Both the position numbers and the translations under genes were made by a program. A stretch of DNA of 64,000 bases from Candidatus Hadarchaeota archaeon (GTDB lineage Archaea; CAYQAE01; CAYVLA01), in assembly GCA_964621445.1 (NCBI GenBank), contig CAZUNO010000011.1:17298-81297 (forward strand). The letters are read 5' to 3'. Positions 1-8,613 of this stretch are shown piece by piece (position 1 is the stretch's first letter; every line of letters begins with the position of its first letter). The notes under the pieces are model-generated. The model worked only from the letters and a program-made list of their open reading frames with translations. It made no database searches and was not told the origin of the DNA.

Positions 1-408
1 GCTGTCGAAGTACAGGGGAAGAACCATGGAAATCACCAGAACCGATCCTATGGCCAGTATGCCCATTTCCATGCCCTGCAGGAGGCGAAAGAAGTCGTTG
101 ACCTTAACCCCGGAGACCATCCATCCCTGCTCCCCGTATGGACGAACGTTCTCCTCCCCCAGCCTGGACCTGAACAGGTTTCTGGCCCTCCGGTCCCGTA
201 CGAGTATGGTTGTTGAATAGCTGCTCCTCTCGCTGGCGTCGGCAAGTATGAAGGATGCTGGCCGGTCGCCGAAGGTGCTCATGTAGTAGTTTGCCATCAT
301 CACGTACCCTCCCTTCAGCACTCCGCCCGTGGCACCGATCTGGTAGATTGAAAGCAGGGACATGGTGAAGAACAGAAATACGCATATCCCGGCAACCGTG
401 GTCCTCAT
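1..408 (-). CDS. Partial membrane protein (N-terminal TM, second TM near window edge), possibly an ABC-permease-like protein; runs off the window
   Basis: Manual translation from ATG at 408: MRTTVAGICVFLFFTMSLLSIYQIG...MGILAIGSVLVISMVLPLYFDS, open to position 1; not in the ORF track because it has no stop in the window. Confidence 0.55.
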   Translation of the reverse strand, partial: MRTTVAGICVFLFFTMSLLSIYQIGATGGVLKGGYVMMANYYMSTFGDRPASFILADASERSSYSTTILVRDRRARNLFRSRLGEENVRPYGEQGWMVSGVKVNDFFRLLQGMEMGILAIGSVLVISMVLPLYFDS

Positions 409-440
409 CGGGGCAAGAGGGGAGGGCTAGCTCAAAAATG

Positions 441-1199
441 TTAATCGGTTTTGGCTCCAATTCCTCTCCTTCCCAGCACCATGTACCCTGTATGCACGGT
501 CTGAGTGGTCCTGGGTCGGGTTCCTCCCTTCCGGGTTTCGTACTCCCTCTTGACCAGCTCGCACATCTCGGGCTCCATGGCCCCGGTTTCCGTGAGGGCA
601 ACCAGGCAGTCCCTGGCCTCCTCGATGAACGGCGCGTAGGCCACCAGGAAGCCGCCGGGGACCAGGCATCTGAAGGCTGATTCCACGTATTTAGAGGGGC
701 GAGCCAGGTCGAGGAGGAAGAGGTGGCCGGTGAGGGCCCGGTCCATCTCCGCCAGGTCGGAGTTAACCAGCTCCACGTTCCTGCACCCAAAGCCCTCTAT
801 GTTATCGGCTGCCGTTCTGTGTATGCTGGGTCTCCTCTCGAAGCTGATCACCCTCCCTGAGGGTCCCACCGCCCTGGAAAGAAATAGGGTCGAGCACCCG
901 CTTCCCGTGCCCGCCTCCACCGCCGTCTGCCCCTGACGTAAACCGGTCCTGGTTATGATGTAGCCGATGTCCTCGAAGTGAAGGGTTCTGGTGGGCCGGT
1001 CCATCCTCTCCACGTAATCCCTGAGACTGGGCTCCACCAGGACCGCGGGGTGACCAAGATGGCTCTCTATAGATAGGGGGGTCTCCGGGTCCCGGGGTAT
1101 CTGATATATGCCCAGGTCGGTCTCCAGGCCTCTATCCCCCTGGGTCAGGTACTTCTTTCCCCTGTGGTCGATCAGCAGGAACCTAGTATTCAAAGCCAC
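441..1199 (-). CDS. trmI: tRNA (adenine57/58-N1)-methyltransferase, TrmI/GCD14 family
   Basis: VEAGTGSG SAM-binding motif, VISFERR, LLDL, HTGY C-terminal motif; start placed at GTG 1199 (ORF track extends to 1268). Confidence 0.9.
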   Translation of the reverse strand: MALNTRFLLIDHRGKKYLTQGDRGLETDLGIYQIPRDPETPLSIESHLGHPAVLVEPSLRDYVERMDRPTRTLHFEDIGYIITRTGLRQGQTAVEAGTGSGCSTLFLSRAVGPSGRVISFERRPSIHRTAADNIEGFGCRNVELVNSDLAEMDRALTGHLFLLDLARPSKYVESAFRCLVPGGFLVAYAPFIEEARDCLVALTETGAMEPEMCELVKREYETRKGGTRPRTTQTVHTGYMVLGRRGIGAKTD

Positions 1200-1326
1200 A
1201 CCGTGACCTGTGAGTGATTCCCCTGATATGTAGTTTTCCCCTCCCGTGGGGAAGTTCGGAGATGGCACCGATAACTGCGAAAAGGTTTATTAGATGCACA
1301 TCTTTCCTCTGAAACAGAGGATGGTC

Positions 1327-1875
1327 ATGGCAGAAAACGCCAATCCAGCATCGCTGGGACTTATGGGTTTCGGAATGACAACCGTCCTGCTTAACCTTCA
1401 CAACGCCGGCCTCTTCGCCCTGGGCAGCATGATACTGGCCATGGGCGTATTCTACGGTGGACTGGCCCAGGTTATAGCAGGGATCATGGAATTCAGAAAC
1501 GGTAACACATTTGGAACGACGGCTTTCACTAGTTACGGACTTTTCTGGTTATCGCTGGTGGGGCTTCTGGTGTTCCCCGAGTTGGGATGGGGACCGGAAG
1601 CAGAGCCCTCGGCGATGGCCGCCTACCTGGCCATGTGGGGGTTCTTCACGGCCTGGATGTTCGTGGGAACCCTGAAGCTGGGGCGGGGGCTGCAGCTGGT
1701 CTTCTTCACCCTGACCATACTTTTCTTCATGTTGGCCGCCGGGGAGTTCATATCATCCTCCCTATTCCATACCATAACCGGTATCGAGGGGATAATATGC
1801 GGCTTCACGGCGATTTACGTGGCCATCGGGGGCCTATGGAACGAATACTATGACCGGATAGTACTCCCGATATAA
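1327..1875 (+). CDS. satP: Acetate uptake transporter, GPR1/FUN34/SatP (AceP) family
   Basis: ANPASLGLMGFG N-terminal signature, GNTFGTTAFTSYGLFW, six TM segments; 12 bp upstream of acs. Confidence 0.93.
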   Translation: MAENANPASLGLMGFGMTTVLLNLHNAGLFALGSMILAMGVFYGGLAQVIAGIMEFRNGNTFGTTAFTSYGLFWLSLVGLLVFPELGWGPEAEPSAMAAYLAMWGFFTAWMFVGTLKLGRGLQLVFFTLTILFFMLAAGEFISSSLFHTITGIEGIICGFTAIYVAIGGLWNEYYDRIVLPI

Positions 1876-1887
1876 ATTGGTGAGAAT

Positions 1888-3858
1888 ATGGCAAAAACAA
1901 TCGAGTCTCTGATGAAGGAGAAGAGGGTCTTTGAACCCTCCGAGGAAATTGTAGAACAGAGCAATGTCAAGGAGTTCATGGACGAACACGGCATAGAGAC
2001 CGTGGAAGAGCTTTACGAGAAGGCCCAGGACCAGGAATGGTTCTGGGGAGAGCTGGCCAAGGAACTCGACTGGCACGAGGACTGGGACACGGTTCTTTCC
2101 GGAGAGGCGCCCTACTTCAAGTGGTTCGAGGGCGGAAAGACCAACATAGTCCACAACGCCCTGGACAGGCACATAAATGATGGAAAGGCTGACAAGATAG
2201 CCTATATATGGGAGGGCGAGCTGGGCGAGGTCAGGAAGATAACCTACGGCGAGCTCAATAAGGAGGTCAACAGGCTGGCCAACGGGCTGAAGAGCCTGGG
2301 CATAGAGAAGGGGGACCGGGTGGGAATCTACCTACCCATGATACCCGAACTGCCCATGGCCATGTTGGCCTGTGCCAAGATCGGGGCCGTTCACTCCGTG
2401 GTCTTCTCCGGATTCAGTCCCAAGGCCCTCCAGGACCGCCTGGTTGACGCGGAGTCCGTGGCCCTGATAACCGGGGACGGATACTACCGAAAGGGCTCCC
2501 CCCTGAACCTCAAGGAGAAGGCTGACGAGGCCATAGATGGTTCCCCCACGGTTGAGAACGTGGTCGTGGTCAACCGCATGGGTGACGAACTGGACGTTGA
2601 TATGACCGATGGACGGGACGTATGGTGGCATGAACTCGCCGAGGACAAATCCGAACAGTGCGAGACCGAGGTTATGGACGCTCGAGACCTGCTTTTCCTG
2701 ATGTACACCTCGGGTACCACCGGAAAACCGAAGGGCGTCATGCACGTCCACGGAGGTTACCAGGTGGGTACCTCGCAGACCCTTAAGTTCGTATTCGACC
2801 TCAAGGAGGACGACATCTGGTGGTGCGCGGCCGACATAGGATGGATTACCGGTCACAGCTACATCGTTTACGGCCCGCTGATACTGGGAGTGACCTCGGT
2901 TCTCTACGAGGGCGCGCCGACCTATCCGGAGCCCGACAGGATCTGGGACATGGTGAGCAAGTACAACGTGTCGGTGTTCTACACCTCACCCACCGCCATC
3001 CGGCTTTTCATGCGCTACGGCGAGGAGTGGCCCGATAAGCACGATCTGAGCTCGCTGAGGCTCCTGGGTTCGGTGGGTGAACCCATCAACCCAGAGGCCT
3101 GGATCTGGTATCACAAGGTGATAGGGCAGGAGAAATGCCCCATAATGGACACCTGGTGGCAGACCGAAACCGGGCAGTTCATAATCACCCCTCTTCCTGT
3201 TACCCCGCTGAAGCCGGGCTCGGCGACAAAGCCGTTCCCGAGTCTGGACGCCGCCGTTTACGACGACGATGCCAACCCGGTGACCGGACAGGGAGGCAAC
3301 CTGGTGATCACCAAGCCTTGGCCCGCCATGCTGGCCGGTCTGTACAAGGAGGAGGAAAGGTACAAGAGGACCTACTGGTCCAGGTTCCCGGGAGTCTACC
3401 TGGCCGGTGATGTGGCCAGGGTTGACGAGGACGGCTATTTCTGGGTGCAGGGAAGATCCGACGACGTCCTGAACGTCGCCGGGCACAGGATAGGCACCGC
3501 CGAGGTTGAGTCTGCCCTGGTTTCACATCCCAAGGTCGCCGAGGCTGCCGTGGTCGGCAAGCCGGACCCGGTTAAGGGCCAGACCATACAGGCCTTCGTT
3601 ATCCTGGTCGAGGGATGGGGGCCCGGCGAGGATGTAAAGAAGGAGCTGGTCAAGCACGTATCCAAGGAGATCAGCCCCATCGCAAGGCCCCAGAACATAA
3701 CCTTCGTCCCCGACCTGCCCAAGACCCGTAGCGGTAAGATAATGCGCAGGGTTATGGCCTCCCTGGTAAAGGGAGAGTCACCCGGCGACGTTACCACCCT
3801 ACGGAACCCGGAGATCGTGGAAGAGGTAAAGAGGCTCATCGAGGAAGAGCAGCAATAG
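1888..3858 (+). CDS. acs: AMP-forming acetyl-CoA synthetase
   Basis: [34 protein letters not shown] and [11 protein letters not shown] motifs. Confidence 0.97.
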   Translation: MAKTIESLMKEKRVFEPSEEIVEQSNVKEFMDEHGIETVEELYEKAQDQEWFWGELAKELDWHEDWDTVLSGEAPYFKWFEGGKTNIVHNALDRHINDGKADKIAYIWEGELGEVRKITYGELNKEVNRLANGLKSLGIEKGDRVGIYLPMIPELPMAMLACAKIGAVHSVVFSGFSPKALQDRLVDAESVALITGDGYYRKGSPLNLKEKADEAIDGSPTVENVVVVNRMGDELDVDMTDGRDVWWHELAEDKSEQCETEVMDARDLLFLMYTSGTTGKPKGVMHVHGGYQVGTSQTLKFVFDLKEDDIWWCAADIGWITGHSYIVYGPLILGVTSVLYEGAPTYPEPDRIWDMVSKYNVSVFYTSPTAIRLFMRYGEEWPDKHDLSSLRLLGSVGEPINPEAWIWYHKVIGQEKCPIMDTWWQTETGQFIITPLPVTPLKPGSATKPFPSLDAAVYDDDANPVTGQGGNLVITKPWPAMLAGLYKEEERYKRTYWSRFPGVYLAGDVARVDEDGYFWVQGRSDDVLNVAGHRIGTAEVESALVSHPKVAEAAVVGKPDPVKGQTIQAFVILVEGWGPGEDVKKELVKHVSKEISPIARPQNITFVPDLPKTRSGKIMRRVMASLVKGESPGDVTTLRNPEIVEEVKRLIEEEQQ

Positions 3859-3864
3859 AAATCC

Positions 3865-3905
3865 ATCGTTTTTTCGGGGCGATCCCCGGGGCGTTACTTT
3901 TTTTG
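3865..3905 (+). terminator. Probable oligo-T terminator after acs
   Basis: Two T-runs flanking a short GC-rich inverted repeat immediately after the stop codon. Confidence 0.55.
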
Positions 3906-4020
3906 CCCCGGGGGACCGAACTATTTAAAAAGTCAAGCCGGGAACTCGGCGCAAATAGGCCTAGTACGTACTAGCGATCATACTGACCCAGAATAATTGG
4001 GTTCGGCCGGCGGTGAATGC

Positions 4021-4920
4021 TTGTCACAGCAAACGGAAGATGAATCTGAACTTCCCTCCTTCTTGGACGTCACTCGGATATCATGGAAGCAAATGCTAAT
4101 CATACCCATGCTATTTCTGGCCCTTAACCTATCGGTTCTGGTCCTGAATTACGTGGAAACCGGGAAGTTCGTCCACTACGGGATAGACTTCACCGGCGGG
4201 ACCCTGATCAGCTTCCCCAACTGCTACGAGCTGGGTCCCGGCGAGATTAAGGATGAGCTGGAAACCGAGCTGGAGCTGGAAGAGGTATCTGTGAGGAAGG
4301 GAGGGGGCACCCTGAACGTGGAGACCCCCGGCGGGGAGCAGGATATCATGAACTACATGATGGAGAACTACGGGAAGACGGGGACCAGCGATACCCTGGA
4401 CGTACCCCTGGCCGAGACGTTCAAGAAACAGGCTCCCGTGGTGCTCTTCGCGGCCTTCGCGGGCATGGCCATCGTGGTTTACGTGGTCTTTCGTTCGCCT
4501 TTGCCCTCCATAGCGGTTCTAGCGGCCGCCATTCTGGACATTACCGGAGCCATGGGCCTCATGACCCTTTTCGGGGTAAGGATGTCCTTGGCCACGGTTG
4601 CCTCGCTCCTGATGCTCATCGGGTACTCGGTGGACACCAACATCCTGCTAACCTCCAGGATGCTGAAAAGGCGGGAGGATCTAAAGGACCGGCTACAGGG
4701 GGCCCTGAAGACCGGCCTGACCATGAGCGCCACCACCATATGCGCGGTGTCCGCCCTCTACATCTTCTCGACCTCCGACGTGCTGGACTCCATTGCACTG
4801 GTGCTCATATTTGGACTGGTGGCCGACCTCATGAATACCTGGCTTTTCAATGGGGGCCTCCTCCGGTGGTACCTGGAGAGGAAGTTCAGCCTCCTGCGCA
4901 GGAGGGGTAGAAGGAGATGA
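4021..4920 (+). CDS. secF: Protein translocase subunit SecF
   Basis: GIDFTGG, LMLIGYSVDTNILL, GLVADLMNTWLFN; TTG start at 4021 after GGTGA. Confidence 0.93.
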   Translation: MSQQTEDESELPSFLDVTRISWKQMLIIPMLFLALNLSVLVLNYVETGKFVHYGIDFTGGTLISFPNCYELGPGEIKDELETELELEEVSVRKGGGTLNVETPGGEQDIMNYMMENYGKTGTSDTLDVPLAETFKKQAPVVLFAAFAGMAIVVYVVFRSPLPSIAVLAAAILDITGAMGLMTLFGVRMSLATVASLLMLIGYSVDTNILLTSRMLKRREDLKDRLQGALKTGLTMSATTICAVSALYIFSTSDVLDSIALVLIFGLVADLMNTWLFNGGLLRWYLERKFSLLRRRGRRR

Positions 4921-7040
4921 GGATAAGGAACGAGCTCCTCAGGGACTGGAGGGTCCTGCTGCTAATAGCGGTGGACCTCATGGCCATCTTCGCGGTCCTC
5001 CCAAGGGTGGGCCGGTACTCGACCGATCTGGCCCTCACGGACGTCAATTCATCTTTAATCGTCAAGGATCTAATGGAATCGGAGTACGATAACGTAACCC
5101 ACCTGTTCACCCAAAGCAGGACCGGGGAGAGCATTCAGGGATATTCCTTCGATCTATACTCAGCCCAGGAGTACAGGGACCTGGTCGGCGACCTGGACCT
5201 GCTGCTGACCGGGATGATGCCCAGGGACCGGGAGCCCCAGGTTTCCATCACCGCCATGACCCACGTAGAGGCCAATGTAACGGTTAGTGACCAGGACGTG
5301 ATGATAACCTACCTTGAGGACGGTATGGGAGTCAAGGTCACCTCGGTGTCGGTTACCGGGGAGGCCCTGAACCTCCGCCTTAACCAGAAGGTGGACAGGG
5401 CCAACCTCACCCAGCTACTGGGAACCAAGGCCAGGATAGAGAGCTTCGAGACCCCCAGAAGCCTGAAGACCAATCTTAAGATGGGCATCGATTTTCTGGG
5501 CGGGTTCTACTACAACGTCAAGCCGGTGGGCGTTACCTGGGAGACCCAGGCCAAGGCCTCGAACATAACCCCCAGCCTGGCCTCCGATTTCTTTGCCCAG
5601 CCCGCCGAGCTGAAGGACCAGACCGGCTCCATAATCACCATCGAGGTCCAGAACCCGGAGAACGTGACCCAGGCAGACTTCATGAGGTACATAGTCGATG
5701 ACTTCTTCTCCACCTACCCCAGCCTGAGGCGGGTGGATTTCAACTTCAATAACGCCAGCTCCGATATCGTGATGAACGCCAGCAACGTGAATGCACTCCG
5801 AGCGGTTCTCAACCGCACCCTGTCCGAGAGGTGGGACGTGGTCGGAGGCAGCGAGGAGAGCGGGATGTTCACCGTGGAGGGCAAGGGCTCGGAGGCCACC
5901 CGCCAGGAGATCGAGGCCAACGTCAGCGATTACCTCCAGGTCCTGGACTACGAGTCCAAGGTCTCCTCGGAAACCATGTCCGAGGTGGAGAAGATGATCA
6001 GGTCCAGGTCAAACTTCCTGGGAGTCTCCGACGTCAGGATCAAGAGGGCCGGCAACGAGTACATAATGGTGGAGTCCCCGGAGAGAATCGCCAAGGGGAG
6101 CTCCATACTACAGCCCATAGATTTCGAGGCCAGGTTCTGGACGTCTGAAAACGAGACCGTCCTAGCCTTCGGGGCCCAGGATGTGGCCAGGGTGGAGCAC
6201 TTCTACTACTCCGGCGACGGCTGGGCGGTGCCCCTAACCCTGAAGTCGGGCTCCTCCAAGAGGGTCAGGGACCTGGCCGAGCAGGTGGGTGCCATCAGCG
6301 AGGACGCCGAGGTGCGGGACCAACACCGCCTGGGCATGTTCTTCAACGGGGTTGAGGTCTATAACGCCTCCTTCTCCGAGGGACTGGCTGCCACCATGCG
6401 CGAGGAACCTGCGGCCATGTTCCTGGCCATAACCGGTGGACCCCAGGAGAACGAGCAGGCCAGAAAGAGGGCCGAGGAGCTCTACATCAACCTGGAGGCA
6501 TCCTTCCCCACCAAGCTCAGAACGGCAGGAGAGGGGGAGATACCCCCGGTCCTGGGGAGGGACTTCTCCAGACAGGTCGCGGCCGCCGCGACGGCGGCGT
6601 TGATAGCGGTTTCCATGGTCATATACATAAGATACAGGCGTCCCAAGCTGGTGCTGGCCATCCTCACCGTGAGTCTGAGCGAGATCCTGATAATTCTAGG
6701 ATTCTCAGTGCTCATCGGCTGGTACCTGGACCTGGCCAGCGTGGCGGCAATTATCGCGGTCATGGGTACCGGGGTCGACCACCAAATAGTTATTACCGAT
6801 GAGGCCGTTCACAAGGGCAGGGGAAGAAAGAGATTGGTAATAGCCACCAGGATATCCCGGGCATTCTTCATCATATTCACAGCGGCAGCCACCACCATAA
6901 TAGCCATGTCACCCCTGGCCTACGTGGGCCTGGGAAGACTTAGGGGCTTTGCGGTGGTCACCATCGTGGGTGTCCTGGCCGGCATACTGGTAACCAGGCC
7001 TGCCTACGGCAGGATCGTCAGACGGGTAATAGGTGGGTGA
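4917..7040 (+). CDS. secD: Protein translocase subunit SecD with enlarged extracytoplasmic domain
   Basis: NLKMGIDFLGG, GTGVDHQIVITDE, LRGFAVVTIVGV, TRPAYG; overlaps the secF stop. Confidence 0.9.
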   Translation: MRIRNELLRDWRVLLLIAVDLMAIFAVLPRVGRYSTDLALTDVNSSLIVKDLMESEYDNVTHLFTQSRTGESIQGYSFDLYSAQEYRDLVGDLDLLLTGMMPRDREPQVSITAMTHVEANVTVSDQDVMITYLEDGMGVKVTSVSVTGEALNLRLNQKVDRANLTQLLGTKARIESFETPRSLKTNLKMGIDFLGGFYYNVKPVGVTWETQAKASNITPSLASDFFAQPAELKDQTGSIITIEVQNPENVTQADFMRYIVDDFFSTYPSLRRVDFNFNNASSDIVMNASNVNALRAVLNRTLSERWDVVGGSEESGMFTVEGKGSEATRQEIEANVSDYLQVLDYESKVSSETMSEVEKMIRSRSNFLGVSDVRIKRAGNEYIMVESPERIAKGSSILQPIDFEARFWTSENETVLAFGAQDVARVEHFYYSGDGWAVPLTLKSGSSKRVRDLAEQVGAISEDAEVRDQHRLGMFFNGVEVYNASFSEGLAATMREEPAAMFLAITGGPQENEQARKRAEELYINLEASFPTKLRTAGEGEIPPVLGRDFSRQVAAAATAALIAVSMVIYIRYRRPKLVLAILTVSLSEILIILGFSVLIGWYLDLASVAAIIAVMGTGVDHQIVITDEAVHKGRGRKRLVIATRISRAFFIIFTAAATTIIAMSPLAYVGLGRLRGFAVVTIVGVLAGILVTRPAYGRIVRRVIGG

Positions 7041-7732
7041 ATACATTGTATGTGGTTGTAGTTGGCGCCGGTCGCATAGGGTACAACCTGGCCAGGATTC
7101 TCATAGAGGGGGGTAACGAGGTTACACTCATCGAGAAGGACGAGAGGAGGGTGCGAGAGGTGGGATCCCTGGACGCCTACGTCCTCCACGGCATGGGCAC
7201 CAACCCGGCGGCCCTGGAGTCCCTGAACATCGAGACCGCGGACGCCATAGTTGCGGTCACCGGGGACGACTCTGTGAACCTGGCATCCTGCCTGATCGCC
7301 AAGAGGATCGTGGCCAGGGACCGGAACGGCAGGGACCGACCGTTCATGACCGTGGCCCGGGTATCCAACATCGAGATGGAGAGGATTTTCCAGGAGCTGG
7401 GTGTGGACAGGGTAATAAGCCCCGAGAAGGCGGCCGCCGAATATATATCCCGGCTCATTAGGAGCCCCGGCGTGGAGGACGTGACAGCCATGGGGCAGGC
7501 GGAGATGTTGGAACTGCAGATAGACGAGGACTCACCGGTTATCGGGAAGACCCTGGCCGAGATGTCGGCCATCGGTGACATGTCCACCAGCACCGTAGTG
7601 GCCCTAATAGAGGACGGCGACCTGATAATACCCCACGGGGATACCACCCTGAAGGCGGGGATGAAGGTGCTTCTGTTCACCAAGATAGAGGAGTCTAGAA
7701 AGGCGAGAAATCTATTCCTGGGCTTTGAATAG
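7037..7732 (+). CDS. trkA: TrkA-family K+ transport regulatory protein (RCK N and C domains)
   Basis: VVVVGAGRIG Rossmann motif, AVTGDDSVN, LIIPHGDT. Confidence 0.9.
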   Translation: MNTLYVVVVGAGRIGYNLARILIEGGNEVTLIEKDERRVREVGSLDAYVLHGMGTNPAALESLNIETADAIVAVTGDDSVNLASCLIAKRIVARDRNGRDRPFMTVARVSNIEMERIFQELGVDRVISPEKAAAEYISRLIRSPGVEDVTAMGQAEMLELQIDEDSPVIGKTLAEMSAIGDMSTSTVVALIEDGDLIIPHGDTTLKAGMKVLLFTKIEESRKARNLFLGFE

Positions 7733-7787
7733 GAAAGAGTAAATAGGTGACCAGGGCTATCCCGGGATTGAAGGAGGTCCATTTAAT

Positions 7788-8261
7788 TTGGTTTCAGAAG
7801 AAGTCATAGCCGCGCTTGCCATTGGTCTCGCGGTGACCATTCCCGGCATAATGTCAGCTATCAGCGTTTCAACGGTGGGTGTGGCCGCAGCGGGCCTGGT
7901 CTCCGAGGAACCAAAGAAGTTTTCCAAGGCCTTTATCCTGGAGATCCTGCCCGGAACCCAGGGTTTCTATGGTTTCATAGGCGGTATGCTGGTCATGATA
8001 GCTCTCGACTGGTTGGGTGGTAGTCCACCCCCCCTGGCAGAAGGCATGGGGCTGACGGTCCTGGTGGCTGCGGTGCCCGCGATTCTACAGGGCTTCACGT
8101 CCTACTACCAGGGACTGGTGGCCACTGCCGGTGTTTCCTCGATCGCCAAGAAGGAGGAGACATTTGGAAGCTGTGTGCTGATGTCGGTAATGGTGGAGAC
8201 CTACGCCATTCTCGGTTTCCTCAGCACTTTTCTCCTGTTGATAGGCCTTCAAATATGGTAA
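7788..8261 (+). CDS. atpK: A/V-type ATP synthase subunit K (c), two-hairpin form
   Basis: LPGTQGFYGF and VMVETYAILGF motifs, four TM helices, NtpK-like. Confidence 0.92.
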   Translation: MVSEEVIAALAIGLAVTIPGIMSAISVSTVGVAAAGLVSEEPKKFSKAFILEILPGTQGFYGFIGGMLVMIALDWLGGSPPPLAEGMGLTVLVAAVPAILQGFTSYYQGLVATAGVSSIAKKEETFGSCVLMSVMVETYAILGFLSTFLLLIGLQIW

Positions 8262-8279
8262 GGCCGGGTCCCCAGGAGC

Positions 8280-8612
8280 ATGCCGGAGAGTGACCACTTG
8301 GAAGACGAACTTGAGCTAGTTTTCGAGGCCGAGAAAAAGGTCGAGAATATCGTTTCGGAGGCCGAAGGTAAGGCCAGAAGACTGAAGTCCGAGGCTGAGT
8401 CGGAGGCCGAGGAGATCGTTTCCCGGTTCCGGGAGGAGGCTGAGTCGGAGGCCGAGGAGATGATCTCGGAGAAGGTCTCCCAGGCCCAGGAGAAGGGCCA
8501 GGAGCTCCGCCGAAAGCACGAGTACAGGATATCAAAGATGGAAATGGCCGCGAAGTCCAACATGGAGGAGGCGGTCGACATCATAATCAATTCCGTTATA
8601 GAGGAGAGCTAG
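8280..8612 (+). CDS. atpH: A-type ATP synthase subunit H/G (peripheral stalk)
   Basis: 110-aa E/A/K-rich coiled coil in operon position, C-terminal EEAVDIII. Confidence 0.8.
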   Translation: MPESDHLEDELELVFEAEKKVENIVSEAEGKARRLKSEAESEAEEIVSRFREEAESEAEEMISEKVSQAQEKGQELRRKHEYRISKMEMAAKSNMEEAVDIIINSVIEES

Positions 8613-8613
8613 T

